Source of the DNA: an uncultured Anaerolineae bacterium | Lineage (GTDB): Bacteria; Chloroflexota; Anaerolineae; Aggregatilineales; UBA3940 | Reading direction: 5' to 3' | Length of the DNA stretch: 64,000 nucleotides | Assembly: GCA_964390105.1 (NCBI GenBank) | Contig: CAYMGV010000004.1 | Span: 3,951-67,950, forward strand | Shown: one piece after another, positions 38,593-48,372 of the stretch | How the letters are laid out: each line of letters starts with the position of its first letter | Position numbering within the stretch: the first letter of the stretch is position 1 | The notes under the pieces: model-generated | What the model was told of the DNA's origin: nothing | What the model saw: the letters and a program-made list of their open reading frames with translations, nothing else | Databases searched by the model: none | Program-made: the position numbers and the translations under genes

Positions 38593-39507
38593 TTACCCGG
38601 CTGATGAAATAAGAGTCATCTCGTCCAGTGTCACCATTGAGAAACCACGCTCACGGCAAAAAGTGACATAGCGCTCTATCCAATATTGATCCTGCCAGCG
38701 AACATGCCATAGGGTAATATCCCCATTTTCTATGGCATCCTCGTTCTCAAGTGGTTCTGCACGAGCATGGCTGGGCACTTTGTTCCATAATGCCCAGGTC
38801 AACCCGTATTCCGCACCCACTTCAGCGAAGTGATCACGCGGGCCATAGTCGCCATAGGGAGCGCGGGCGTAACGCGCCTGCCACGCGGGGATGCCCAGCA
38901 CCTCGGCAACGGTTTCGTTGAACTGGTCGATATCGCGGCGCAGATCGTCGGCAGTTAACTCCCCAAAGTTGTCGTGATTCATCGAGTGCCAGCCGATCAC
39001 ATGCCCCTGCTCCAGCCATTCATTCCAGGTACCGGGCACAAGGTCATCCACAGCCCTTACCCGGTTACCAACCGGGAACATGGTCATTTTCACGTCAGGG
39101 TTATCACGCAGATAATCCGCCATCCACCAGTAGATGACATCGTCCCACAGGAAATCATCAATGGTCAGCGCGACTTCGGCCACGTCAGATGAGCCAAACT
39201 CCGTAAACAGCACCTCATTATTGGCGGCAGGAGACAGGGTTGGTGTGGTGGTTGGTGTGGTGGTTGGTGTGGTGGCTGGCTCGGTGGCTGCCGCGGGAGA
39301 GGGTGCGGCCTCAGTGCGAGGAGCACCGGTCGCGGTCGGCAGGGCGGCAGGGGCCGGGGATGCGGTGGGATCAGGAACGGGCGCTTCCGTGGGGGCACAC
39401 CCCGTCAATGCAAACAGGGCCGCCGCCGCCAGGCCATGCCCACCCAACCTGAGAACATCACGCCGGGATGCGGCACGACTGTTGCTGTTCGCCCCAGGTG
39501 TCATCAT
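38593..39507 (-). CDS. Tat-exported lipoprotein, polysaccharide deacetylase (CE4/NodB)
   Basis: SRRDVLR twin-arginine motif, LTGC lipobox, Pro/Thr linker, LTIDD, HSMNH, RAPYG, LWH. Confidence 0.85.
   Translation of the reverse strand: MMTPGANSNSRAASRRDVLRLGGHGLAAAALFALTGCAPTEAPVPDPTASPAPAALPTATGAPRTEAAPSPAAATEPATTPTTTPTTTPTLSPAANNEVLFTEFGSSDVAEVALTIDDFLWDDVIYWWMADYLRDNPDVKMTMFPVGNRVRAVDDLVPGTWNEWLEQGHVIGWHSMNHDNFGELTADDLRRDIDQFNETVAEVLGIPAWQARYARAPYGDYGPRDHFAEVGAEYGLTWALWNKVPSHARAEPLENEDAIENGDITLWHVRWQDQYWIERYVTFCRERGFSMVTLDEMTLISSAG
39238..39273. repeat. Three perfect copies of a 12-bp in-frame tandem repeat (TTPT)
   Basis: GGTTGGTGTGGT x3 in the deacetylase linker. Confidence 0.9.
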
Positions 39508-41294
39508 CAGTTGCATGCCCCGCTTTCATCAAAGTACCACAGGTTGAGGTTCCAGAAGGGGTTCTCATAGGGCAGCACATCGACGCCACATACATACGGC
39601 GCATGGTGCAGCTCAGCCAACGGCTGGCCTAATGGCACGGCAGGCACCTCGCCCTGGAACCGGGCCTGCTGTATGGCATAGGCGTTGATGCGATCCTGCC
39701 GGATCAGGGCACGGTTGGCATCGACGATTGCCAATGTCGCGGCCTCATCACACCATCCGGTGTAATTCTGCCCTGTGTATCCGTTGTACACGGACGGCGT
39801 ATTGTCGACTGCCAGCAGCTCGACAAGCTGCTCCTGCACCAGCCAGCGTTCCTCCAGCCCGCTGCGGAACACCGCGGTCAGGTCAACCGGATGCAGGTAC
39901 ACATCTTGCCCGCCCCACAGGCTGAGTCCACCGGGGTCAGGTCGAACCGGGTAAGGGACCAGCGCCATATCAAATGCACGGGTTTGCAGTGGGCCATCAA
40001 TAGCATAAAACTGATCCGCTGTTACCGGGATGGGTTGTACCTCAATGCCGAGCCGGATAAGGTCAGCTTGGATCTGAGCGGCTGCTACAGCGTATGAGTC
40101 ATTATGATCGGGGTAGACAAGGTCAACGCGAAAGTCAGTATTTTCCTCGATCTGCCAGTTCCCACGTCCACAGGCGTAGGTTCCGCTGGCACCTTCATTC
40201 CGCGCGACACCGTCATCGAGCGTGGCGGACCACCCTGCAACGTCAAGACGACCATCAGTGGAAAGGGCACCATCGGCATAGGCCCAATGATTAGCCGGGA
40301 GCCAGCTACCCGGCAGCATTTCCCCGGCACCGAGAGCAGCAGCCAGCGCCTCACGGTTTAGCCCACCGGCTACCGCACGTCGCACAGACGTTTCCGCAAA
40401 GAAGGCCGGGCGTGATGTATCGGGCCATGTGTTAAACAGCAGCATATCCATGCCCCCCACGGGAATGGATGCCAGGGTCATGTTCGGCGTATCTACCAAA
40501 CCATCCGGGACATAAGCGACGTCACAGGCACCACGGCCAGCCTCAGGCGAAAGCGCTGCCGTATCAGTGAAGAACCTGATTCGAATATCCGTGATCTCGG
40601 GGGCCGTCCCGGCGTAGTTTGGATTTGCGGTCAGCACCCAGTCGTCGGCGGCTTCCGCCACAACATATGGCCCTGCCGTCACACGGAAGGCGTCCGGTCC
40701 CGGAGCAAGCAGGTCGGCCTCCGTCAGTACATGGGCAGGCATAGGGGGCAGCGACGGTACATATGGGTATTCGGCACCTTCGGCACCCGTGAATCGCACG
40801 GACATCCCGCCCAGCCTCTGCACGGAAATCACGTCAAAGCGCGAGGCCGACGTAAACGAGGGCAGCGCCAGCCCCAGCATCATATCGTCCAGCGTCAGAG
40901 GTGTGCCATCTGACCACAGCAGGGAATCGTTGTAGGTCACATCAACCAGCACGGTATCCCGATCGGTCAGGCGTACAGTGCCTGCTTCAGCTGCTGGCAG
41001 GTCGGCCAGCAGCAGGCCCGGCTGTGCGATATAGTTTGCATCGATGGTGTAGACCGTTGGTGTTAACAGGGAGAGCAGCGCTGCCGATACCGGCGTATCA
41101 GCAGAAAGCGACGCAGGTGGCCTGATCAGGCATATCACCAATTCCTCTTTGAAAGGCTGCGCCTCCGCTGGCGCAGCAGGGGTCGCCTCAATCACAGGTT
41201 CAGCGGTTGCGATGCGCCCAGGTTCCGGTGAGCTGCAAGCAACCCACAATATAGACAGGGCCAGCAGGCTGCCCACAGTAACTGTTCGATTCAA
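39507..41294 (-). CDS. ABC transporter substrate-binding lipoprotein, family 5-like
   Basis: Lipobox WVAC, WSDGTPLTLDD, AGPY, VRRAVA..LNRE, NYTGWC. Confidence 0.83.
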   Translation of the reverse strand: MNRTVTVGSLLALSILWVACSSPEPGRIATAEPVIEATPAAPAEAQPFKEELVICLIRPPASLSADTPVSAALLSLLTPTVYTIDANYIAQPGLLLADLPAAEAGTVRLTDRDTVLVDVTYNDSLLWSDGTPLTLDDMMLGLALPSFTSASRFDVISVQRLGGMSVRFTGAEGAEYPYVPSLPPMPAHVLTEADLLAPGPDAFRVTAGPYVVAEAADDWVLTANPNYAGTAPEITDIRIRFFTDTAALSPEAGRGACDVAYVPDGLVDTPNMTLASIPVGGMDMLLFNTWPDTSRPAFFAETSVRRAVAGGLNREALAAALGAGEMLPGSWLPANHWAYADGALSTDGRLDVAGWSATLDDGVARNEGASGTYACGRGNWQIEENTDFRVDLVYPDHNDSYAVAAAQIQADLIRLGIEVQPIPVTADQFYAIDGPLQTRAFDMALVPYPVRPDPGGLSLWGGQDVYLHPVDLTAVFRSGLEERWLVQEQLVELLAVDNTPSVYNGYTGQNYTGWCDEAATLAIVDANRALIRQDRINAYAIQQARFQGEVPAVPLGQPLAELHHAPYVCGVDVLPYENPFWNLNLWYFDESGACN

Positions 41295-41324
41295 TTGATG
41301 CCCCCCTCAGCAATAAAAACTGCG

Positions 41325-42347
41325 TTAGTCATCCAGCCCCAGTCGGCTGCCATACTGCTTCTGATAGTACTCGCGATACTCGCCACTCTTGATCTTACGC
41401 CACCACCACTCATTATCAACATACCACTTGACGGTAGCCGCCAATGCGTCATCAAAGGTGTACTGATGCCCCCACCCCAGCGCGCGCGTCCTGGTGTTAT
41501 CCAGCGCGTAGCGGCGGTCGTGGCCGGGGCGATCCTCGACGTATTTGATCAGCGACTCGGGCTTGCCGAGAATCGCCAGCATTTTTGTGATCACGTCGAT
41601 GTTGTAGCGCTCGTTCTCCCCGCCGACGTTGTAAACCTCACCGGGCTTACCTTTGTGCAGCACGGTCAGGATGCCGTTCGCGTGGTCATCGACGTACAGC
41701 CAGTCGCGCACCTGCCTGCCGTCACCGTACAGGGGCAGCGGCTGATCATCAATGGCGTTGCTGATGAATAAAGGCATCAGCTTTTCCGGGTACTGGCGCG
41801 GGCCAAACGTATTGCTGCCCCGGGTGATCACAACGTTCATGCCGTGGGTTTCGTGGTAGGCCCGCACCATCAGGTCAGAGCTGGCCTTGCTGGCCGAATA
41901 CGGGCTGTTCGGTTCCAGCGGGTCGGTCTCCTTGAAGAATCCGTGCGGGATCGAGCCATACACCTCATCGGTGCTGACATGCAGGAAACGCTCCAGCCCA
42001 TGATCATGACCTTCACTGAGCAGCACATGGGTGCCCATCACGTTGGTTTGCAGGAAGGCATCAGGTGCGAGGATGCTTCGGTCTACATGGGTCTCCGCAG
42101 CGAAGTTCACCACTGTATCAATGTCGTTCGACTTCAGCGCACGGCGTACGGTTTCGCGATCAGCGATATCCCCCTGAATGAATTTATAGTTGTCCCGCTC
42201 CGAGACCGATTCAAGGTTATCGAGATTGCCGGCGTAGGTCAGCTTGTCAAACACCACGATGTGATAATCAGGGTGCTGCTTCATGATCAGCCGCACAAAG
42301 TTACTGCCAATGAACCCGGCGCCGCCGGTTACCAGGATGTTCTGCAC
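41325..42347 (-). CDS. rfbB: dTDP-glucose 4,6-dehydratase
   Basis: VTGGAGFIGSNF, AAETHVDRS, STDEVYG, PYSASKA, DRPGHDRRY; GTG start with AAGG RBS. Confidence 0.96.
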   Translation of the reverse strand: MQNILVTGGAGFIGSNFVRLIMKQHPDYHIVVFDKLTYAGNLDNLESVSERDNYKFIQGDIADRETVRRALKSNDIDTVVNFAAETHVDRSILAPDAFLQTNVMGTHVLLSEGHDHGLERFLHVSTDEVYGSIPHGFFKETDPLEPNSPYSASKASSDLMVRAYHETHGMNVVITRGSNTFGPRQYPEKLMPLFISNAIDDQPLPLYGDGRQVRDWLYVDDHANGILTVLHKGKPGEVYNVGGENERYNIDVITKMLAILGKPESLIKYVEDRPGHDRRYALDNTRTRALGWGHQYTFDDALAATVKWYVDNEWWWRKIKSGEYREYYQKQYGSRLGLDD

Positions 42348-42418
42348 GATGCACTGCCTTTGCATTTCAGGATCACAGGTTTGCAGCCAATGATTTTAGC
42401 GGGTCTCCGGGGATTAGG

Positions 42419-42451
42419 AAAACAAACCGGGAACCTGCGGCAGGCTCCCGG
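42419..42451 (-). terminator. Terminator after degV
   Basis: CCGGGAACCTG / CAGGCTCCCGG stem with an A-rich flank (U tract on the minus strand). Confidence 0.6.
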
Positions 42452-42489
42452 CCCAGAAATGCGATGTGTAAAAACAGGGGCAGCATCGT

Positions 42490-43350
42490 TCAGGCGTGGT
42501 ACGCTCCGACACCAATCACACCCGGCCCACCATGTACGCCGATTGCAGGGGTGATCGGCTCGATGAACAGCGTTTCCGGGTGGTACTTCTCCCGGATGAG
42601 ATCGGCGAACTCATGCGCTTCCTTCTCGGTATCACCATGAACAATCCCCACATGCAGCGGGCCATCCCCCTCCAGCCCCTCGAAGATGGCTGTGGAGAGA
42701 TACTGCAAGGCACGGGTGCGCGTGCGCGTCCGCTCGCCTGCGCCAACTTCACCGCTGTCCTGGTCGATTGTCAGCGCCGGTTTAATCTGCAAGGCGCTGC
42801 CAAACCAGCGGGCCGCCCCACCGATCCGCCCGCCCTTGTGCAGATACTCCAGGGTATCCACGGTAAACCACATGCGAGATCGACGGCGGATGACATCGGC
42901 AGCGGCGATGATACCGGCAGCATTGGCCCCCGCCTCGCGGGCACGTGCCGCCGCCAGCACCTGGAACCCCAGTGACGCTGATACCGTTCGCGAGTCATAA
43001 ATATGAAAGGGGATAGCTACTTCCTGCTGCACCTGGTGGGCCGTCCCCACGCTGCCGCTCAGCTTATCACTCACCAACACAGTGACGACTTCCTCCGCAC
43101 CCTCCTCCTGCGCCTTCTCAATCAGTTCCATGAAGTCGGGCACAGTGGGGCGTGATGTCTTGGGATGATGGGGATCGGTGCGCAGACGTTTGTAGAAACC
43201 CGCCGGGTCTATCTGGGTCAGGTCATTAAGTTCTTCGGTGCCGAAGATCACATATTGTGGCACCACCAGGATGTTATATTGTTTGAGCAACTCTTGAGGC
43301 AGATCACAGGTTGAATCTGTAATCAGGGCAATCCGCTGATTTGCGACCAT
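42490..43350 (-). CDS. DegV family fatty acid-binding protein
   Basis: ITDSTCDLP, PKTS, SDKLSGS, LEYLHKGGRIG, IGVHGGPG. Confidence 0.94.
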   Translation of the reverse strand: MVANQRIALITDSTCDLPQELLKQYNILVVPQYVIFGTEELNDLTQIDPAGFYKRLRTDPHHPKTSRPTVPDFMELIEKAQEEGAEEVVTVLVSDKLSGSVGTAHQVQQEVAIPFHIYDSRTVSASLGFQVLAAARAREAGANAAGIIAAADVIRRRSRMWFTVDTLEYLHKGGRIGGAARWFGSALQIKPALTIDQDSGEVGAGERTRTRTRALQYLSTAIFEGLEGDGPLHVGIVHGDTEKEAHEFADLIREKYHPETLFIEPITPAIGVHGGPGVIGVGAYHA

Positions 43351-43485
43351 GGTAGTTCCTCTGACGTTTTGGTTAAAGGGTGTATGCTACTCATGATAGC
43401 ATGAGAGGCGGCCTGCTGCCGCCTCCCTTGTCCCCAAAAAAAGAGGAACAAAATCACCATAACGTTTTGCCGGGTGTGGTGTTGC

Positions 43486-44814
43486 TTATGAAGATGTCTC
43501 ACCAAGCAGAGCTGCCCGTTCCACGATTGTCATACCACCGGGGACGTGGTCGCTGTCTATCTCACGGAACTGATGGACATCAATCGACTGAAGCAGTGTT
43601 AATGATACCAGCAAGATGATGGACAAAACAGCAAACACTACAACATAGCCCATCAGATCACTGCCGGTGACAGCGCTGGAGACATCACGTACAGCCCCGG
43701 CCATGATCGACCCGACCATACGAGACAGTGCATCGGCAAGCCCCCACGCCCCAATGAACAACCCGATATTCTCCGGGGTCGTCATATCCAGCATGAGTGA
43801 GAGGTTGGAAGTCGTGGCGAAGCCCGTACCTAACCCCAGCAGTGTCACGCCGATGTAGAACACACCCGATGCACCGAGTACGCCGCTTACAGCGATCACG
43901 ACGAAGCCCACCATTGCCATTGCGGCACCCAGCCACGCGATCTGCTTTTTGGTCAGCCAGCGCTGGATGAAGCCCGCGCCGATCAGCGTGATAAGCACAA
44001 AGGTACCCCAGATCGACGTAATCCGTGTCGTTGTGCTCACCGGCATATCGAACGCGCGTCCTGCAAAAGGTTCCAGCAGCACATCCTGCCCCAGCACCGC
44101 AGCCAGCAGCAGCACAAGATACACGAAGAACAGCCGTGCCTGGCGGTTACCCAACAGGACCCCGGCCATCTCACGGATACTGTGACGCTTACCCGTCGGG
44201 GCTTCTGTGTGACGCGGTTCAAGCCTGAACAGCCCCACAACGGCCAATACCGTGGACAGACCGGCCACAAGGTAAAAAGCCCGGCTGAGCGCAGCCGGTG
44301 AATACGGCTCAACGATGCGCCCAATGACCAGCGCCATCCCAATGATGGAGATGATCATCATTGAGAACATAGTCGCAATCGTGGTGCTGCGTCCCCGGGC
44401 ATCCCACAGCTCAGAGGCCAGCGAGAAGTAAGAAACAGTGGCGAAGTTGAACCCCATCCCCCACATGCCAAAGGCCAGCACTGCCAGCAGCAACCCGCCC
44501 GGCCCCTCGGCCAGGGCAAACGCAGCCTGCGGAGCCAGCAGCGCCCCGGATATGCACAGCACCAACCCAACCAGGATATACGGGGTGCGCCGGTATCCGA
44601 AGATCGGATGGCGGTCGGCATAAGAACCAATGGCGATCTGCATGGGGGAAAAGAGATAAGGCAGGGCGATCAGAACAGCCACCAGTGTTGCCAGCAGACC
44701 CAGTTCATTGATCATGACACGGTTCAGCGTGCTATCCATGGGCAACACAGTCAGCGTCACCGCGACGTGAACCATGCCAAGTTGAAGGCGTTTCCACCAC
44801 ATAGGTATTTGCAA
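43486..44814 (-). CDS. BCD-family MFS transporter (PucC-like)
   Basis: STLNRVMINEL, YRRTPYI, QDVLLEPF, GLFIGAWG; 12-TM pattern. Start may be ATG 44802. Confidence 0.88.
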   Translation of the reverse strand: MQIPMWWKRLQLGMVHVAVTLTVLPMDSTLNRVMINELGLLATLVAVLIALPYLFSPMQIAIGSYADRHPIFGYRRTPYILVGLVLCISGALLAPQAAFALAEGPGGLLLAVLAFGMWGMGFNFATVSYFSLASELWDARGRSTTIATMFSMMIISIIGMALVIGRIVEPYSPAALSRAFYLVAGLSTVLAVVGLFRLEPRHTEAPTGKRHSIREMAGVLLGNRQARLFFVYLVLLLAAVLGQDVLLEPFAGRAFDMPVSTTTRITSIWGTFVLITLIGAGFIQRWLTKKQIAWLGAAMAMVGFVVIAVSGVLGASGVFYIGVTLLGLGTGFATTSNLSLMLDMTTPENIGLFIGAWGLADALSRMVGSIMAGAVRDVSSAVTGSDLMGYVVVFAVLSIILLVSLTLLQSIDVHQFREIDSDHVPGGMTIVERAALLGETSS

Positions 44815-44993
44815 CCCCTATAATATGATAATATTACTGAGAAATACTACATTTTTTCTCGATAATATTCAAGTATCCTGTGGAATTAGCAGAAACCGAT
44901 GGGGAAGTTGGGTTCCACCTGTGTTCCGACGTGCCTCAACGCCGCAAATTGCGCTATGATTGAACAGTACCCGTGCCAACAGAAAGGACACAC

Positions 44994-45299
44994 ATGGGCA
45001 TCCTGAAAAAGCTGTTCAACTTTGAGCCGGATGAAGATAAAGGGCTGTACTACTATATCAGGCTGGATCGCAGTGACGAGGTTGTACAACTGCGCTTTAA
45101 CCCCGGCACTGACCTGACCCAGGATTACGAAACCAACGAGCGCGAGGTCCGTAAGACTATCATCGGGCCAAAGACATACAAACGTGCCGAGGCGCACTTC
45201 GTCTTTGACTCTGACATAAAGCTGGTTGAATGGGACATCTCCGGTGGGGAACTCGTGGGAGAACAGGATTGGCTCGATTTCCAACAGCAGACCCGGTAA
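44994..45299 (+). CDS. Hypothetical protein
   Basis: AAGGA RBS, MGILKKLF start, coding-like composition. Confidence 0.75.
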   Translation: MGILKKLFNFEPDEDKGLYYYIRLDRSDEVVQLRFNPGTDLTQDYETNEREVRKTIIGPKTYKRAEAHFVFDSDIKLVEWDISGGELVGEQDWLDFQQQTR

Positions 45300-45310
45300 C
45301 TCCACAAGCG

Positions 45311-45769
45311 TTAGTGTGATGACCGGTATTCGTCGATCAGGAGCCTGGCTATATCTTCCGGGAATCCGTAGGCCTCGGCCAGATTGAGTTCGTAAGTACC
45401 TTCGAGCAGTTGGTCGAAATAATCGAGGGTTTCACCAACGCAATCAGCATCAGCCCACGCACGGCGATACCCCTGTGTAATGATTCGCGGTAAATCGACA
45501 CGATGAACGCCGAACTCCCGCAGCCATTCATCGCGCTCACCCCCGACCCGTGCACCAGTACCAAGATAATCAAAATCGGGCGGCAGGGCGCACAGATCTT
45601 CCACTGCCTCAGCGTAAACCTGCTGGCGAACCTCAAGCGGATACCGACCCAGCCGAAGGGCAGGCACACCAAACCCAACAAACAGATAGGCCGCCAACAA
45701 CAGCACAAACATCAGGCTGATATACTGGGTCGAAATTTGTGATTGTGGTTTGTTCATCACGCGCTCCAT
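45311..45769 (-). CDS. Hypothetical protein with one N-terminal TM helix
   Basis: Hydrophobic segment LMFVLLLAAYLFVGFGV; fills the gap, convergent to the previous gene. Confidence 0.7.
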   Translation of the reverse strand: MERVMNKPQSQISTQYISLMFVLLLAAYLFVGFGVPALRLGRYPLEVRQQVYAEAVEDLCALPPDFDYLGTGARVGGERDEWLREFGVHRVDLPRIITQGYRRAWADADCVGETLDYFDQLLEGTYELNLAEAYGFPEDIARLLIDEYRSSH

Positions 45770-45984
45770 GAAACACAGCCACGGCGGCGCGTATCAGACC
45801 GCCAACCATGACTGTATTATATCGCCTTTTGCTGTGCTTCCGCCCCTGGAGTCAATAGGGTTCGGTTTAGCAAAAAGATTCCCTGTTTTGCCCCCACCCC
45901 GTAACTATAATGCATCCTCCCAACGGTTGATCCCTGGACGCAAGGGCGGATCATCCTGGTTTGAATACGCATTCCGCCGGAGGT

Positions 45985-46026
45985 TCCCCCTCCCTGCTGT
46001 GGGGGAGGGGGTCAGGGGGTGAGGGC
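45985..46026. repeat. REP-like G/C-rich palindromic element
   Basis: CCCCCTCCC..GGGAGGGGG hairpin followed by TCAGGGGGTGAGGGC, just past the trpS stop. Confidence 0.6.
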
Positions 46027-46056
46027 AAATAGCCTCTTAACCGAACGGTATTGCCC

Positions 46057-47100
46057 CTAGGAATGATACAGGTCCCGCAGGTCGTCATGGAGGATGGATG
46101 TCAGGCCCATCGCCTCACGGGCCAACGCCAGCGTCTCCTGACCAATGGGGCGCGCTTTCTGCGCCCCGCTGCGCAGAATATCACGCACCGTATCCGGGTC
46201 TGCTTCGAGCTTCGCGCGGCGCTCCCGCATCGGCTCCAGGAATTCGTTGATCTTTTTTGCCAGCACTTTCTTGCACTCGACATCGCCAATCTGGCCCTTG
46301 CGGTAGCGGTCCTTGAAGTCCGCTACCTGCTCGGTATCCGGGTTGAACAGGTCGTGGTAGATAAACAGCGGGTTGCCCTCGACCGTACCGGGGTCCGTCT
46401 TATGGATGCGGTTGGGATCGGTGTACATCTGCATCACCTTCTGTTTGACCGTCTTCTCGTCATCAGCGAGCATGATGGCATTGCCCAGCGACTTGCTCAT
46501 CTTGGACTGACCATCGATGCCAATCAGCACCGGTGTATCCCCAGGGATGAGCGGGTCCGGCTCCGGGAAGACGTCACCAAATCGATGGTTGAACCGCCGT
46601 GCAATCTCGCGAGTCACTTCGATGTGGCTGGCCTGATCCTTGCCTACCGGAACGAGGTTCGCACGGGGGATCAGAATATCAGCGGCCTGCAGCACCGGGT
46701 ACATCAGCAGGCCCGCGCTCGGCTCCTCGATGTGAAGGTTCTGCATCACCTCCTTGAGGGTCGGAACACGCTGAAGGCGCGGCACGGTCGTCAGCATTGA
46801 GAACAGCAGGGTAAGCTCCGCCGTCTCGGGGACATCAGACTGCACATAGTACGTCACCTTCTCCGGGTCAATACCCGCGGCAACGTTATCCATCACCACC
46901 TCAAGTGCATTCTGGCGGGTCGCCATCACAGCGTCCCGGTCGGGATGTGTGGTTAGTGAATGATAATCGGCAATCAACAGGAACACCTCGTACTCATCCT
47001 GCAAAGCGACACGGTTTTGCAGGGTCCCCACGTAATGGCCGAGGTGCAGTTTCCCTGTCGGACGATCCCCGGTTAAGATGCGGCCTTTTTTGCCAGTCAT
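46057..47100 (-). CDS. trpS: Tryptophan--tRNA ligase
   Basis: [13 protein letters not shown] (HIGH), [21 protein letters not shown]. Confidence 0.97.
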   Translation of the reverse strand: MTGKKGRILTGDRPTGKLHLGHYVGTLQNRVALQDEYEVFLLIADYHSLTTHPDRDAVMATRQNALEVVMDNVAAGIDPEKVTYYVQSDVPETAELTLLFSMLTTVPRLQRVPTLKEVMQNLHIEEPSAGLLMYPVLQAADILIPRANLVPVGKDQASHIEVTREIARRFNHRFGDVFPEPDPLIPGDTPVLIGIDGQSKMSKSLGNAIMLADDEKTVKQKVMQMYTDPNRIHKTDPGTVEGNPLFIYHDLFNPDTEQVADFKDRYRKGQIGDVECKKVLAKKINEFLEPMRERRAKLEADPDTVRDILRSGAQKARPIGQETLALAREAMGLTSILHDDLRDLYHS

Positions 47101-47117
47101 TGACTCTCTCCATATAG

Positions 47118-47376
47118 ATAAAAACAAAAAGCCACCCATCCCTTCCGGGACGAGTGGTTGTGAATACCCCCGTGGTGCCACCCCGCTTGATCGATGTGGG
47201 CATCGACCCTCTCGGCAGGTTCAGATCAGGCTGAACCCCTGACCCGCTAACGGAGATCACCCGGCCTCTCAGGCAACTCACCGGCCCATTCAGCATGGCA
47301 GGCCGTGCCGCGCTCTCAGCATGTGGCGGCTCTCTGTACGGCTGGGGCATGCATACTTATCCGGCTCATCGTTGAT
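47118..47376 (-). ncRNA. T-box riboswitch with a Trp (UGG) specifier
   Basis: Minus strand: AGTA loop, CAGAGAG and GCTGAGA stem I motifs, GAA-TGG specifier (47288-47286), CCGTTA, T-box AAGCGGGGTGGCACCACGG (47188-47170), terminator CCACTCGTCCC/GGGATGGGTGG plus U tract. Confidence 0.93.
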
Positions 47377-47395
47377 GAACGATATACCGCCGGAC

Positions 47396-47424
47396 ACTAT
47401 AGCAAACCACCCTGCACATTGCAA
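47396..47424 (-). promoter_or_regulatory. Sigma70-type promoter of the T-box/trpS leader
   Basis: Minus strand TTGCAA - 17 bp - TATAGT with extended TG. Confidence 0.7.
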
Positions 47425-47434
47425 CCGCTGCGCT

Positions 47435-47464
47435 TTGCGTATTGGATCGGTCCGTCTGTATAAT
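47435..47464 (+). promoter_or_regulatory. Sigma70-type promoter of the PRTase gene
   Basis: TTGCGT - 18 bp - TATAAT. Confidence 0.55.
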
Positions 47465-47504
47465 GGCGACGTGTTTTAATGACATTCAAGGCGAACTGAA
47501 CACC

Positions 47505-48035
47505 ATGCAAAATCCTAAAGGCCCCATCCGGCGCGAAATACTGACCTGGGATGATGTTGACAGGCTGATGGAAGTCCTGGTCGCACAACTTCGCAACACC
47601 GGCCCATTTGATTCCATGATGATGATCACACGCGGCGGTATCATCCCCGGTGGCATGATCGCGGAGCAGATGGATATCCTCAATGTACTGACCGCTTCCG
47701 TTGATTTCCCCATTGAAGTAGAAGGACGTCCGCTTGCGGTATGGCCGGAGTATCTGCAATTTCCGGCGGATACCCTTCTGACGGATCGTCGCATCCTGAT
47801 CGTTGATGATGTATGGGGCAGCGGGCGGACATCAACCTCAGTCCGTGGGCGCGTCGAAGCGTCTGGGGGCAAGCCGTATACCTGCGTTCTGCACTTCAAC
47901 CCGTACCGCTCCCTGTTTACCAAGGCCAAGCCGGACTACTACGCCGCCGTAACAGATGCATGGATCATTTACCCATGGGAAATCGACCGTGGAACCGACC
48001 GTTTGCCCACAGGCAGCCCGATCGGGTCCAACTAA
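47505..48035 (+). CDS. Type I phosphoribosyltransferase (purine PRT-like)
   Basis: ITRGG, ILIVDDVWGSGRT PRPP loop, WIIYPWE. Confidence 0.9.
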   Translation: MQNPKGPIRREILTWDDVDRLMEVLVAQLRNTGPFDSMMMITRGGIIPGGMIAEQMDILNVLTASVDFPIEVEGRPLAVWPEYLQFPADTLLTDRRILIVDDVWGSGRTSTSVRGRVEASGGKPYTCVLHFNPYRSLFTKAKPDYYAAVTDAWIIYPWEIDRGTDRLPTGSPIGSN

Positions 48036-48051
48036 ACAGGGTGTGACAGGA

Positions 48052-48339
48052 ATGGGAAATCTTGCTTATCCCGGCTTTTTAGCGGTGTTCACCCTGGCCG
48101 GGTTAGTGGTGGCTTATTTTGTGCTGGGGGAAGCGTTCAGCCTGATACGTGACGTTTTCCAGCATGCGCGCTCCGGTGACAGCCCAAAAGAAAGACCTCA
48201 CAGGCGACAAAACAAACACGATACCGGGCCACTAAACCCGGATCGCGTCATCCCGCCATTTGAGGATCGTCAAACCGTGGAGCGCCTGATCACCTACTTT
48301 GAAGATGAAGAAGACGAAGTAACCACAAAACCGGGGTAG
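48052..48339 (+). CDS. Small hypothetical protein with an N-terminal TM helix
   Basis: Hydrophobic FLAVFTLAGLVVAYFVL; ends at a terminator. Confidence 0.65.
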   Translation: MGNLAYPGFLAVFTLAGLVVAYFVLGEAFSLIRDVFQHARSGDSPKERPHRRQNKHDTGPLNPDRVIPPFEDRQTVERLITYFEDEEDEVTTKPG

Positions 48340-48369
48340 AAAAACGGACGGCATCACTGCCGTCCATTT
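48340..48369. terminator. Bidirectional terminator
   Basis: GGACGGCA / TGCCGTCC stem with an A run 5' and ATTT 3'. Confidence 0.7.
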
Positions 48370-48372
48370 CGT

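Noticed and set aside
39238..39273. Tandem repeat as CRISPR or phase-variation tract
   Set aside because: In-frame 12-bp unit without spacers, encoding a Thr/Pro linker
41295..42554. Plus-strand ORFs opposite rfbB
   Set aside because: Antisense shadows of a conserved GC-rich gene
46051..46800. 249-aa plus-strand ORF opposite trpS
   Set aside because: Antisense shadow with no motif or RBS support
47101..47181. N-terminal extension of TrpS in the ORF track
   Set aside because: It overlaps the T-box antiterminator and terminator; the real start is ATG 47100 with GGAG upstream
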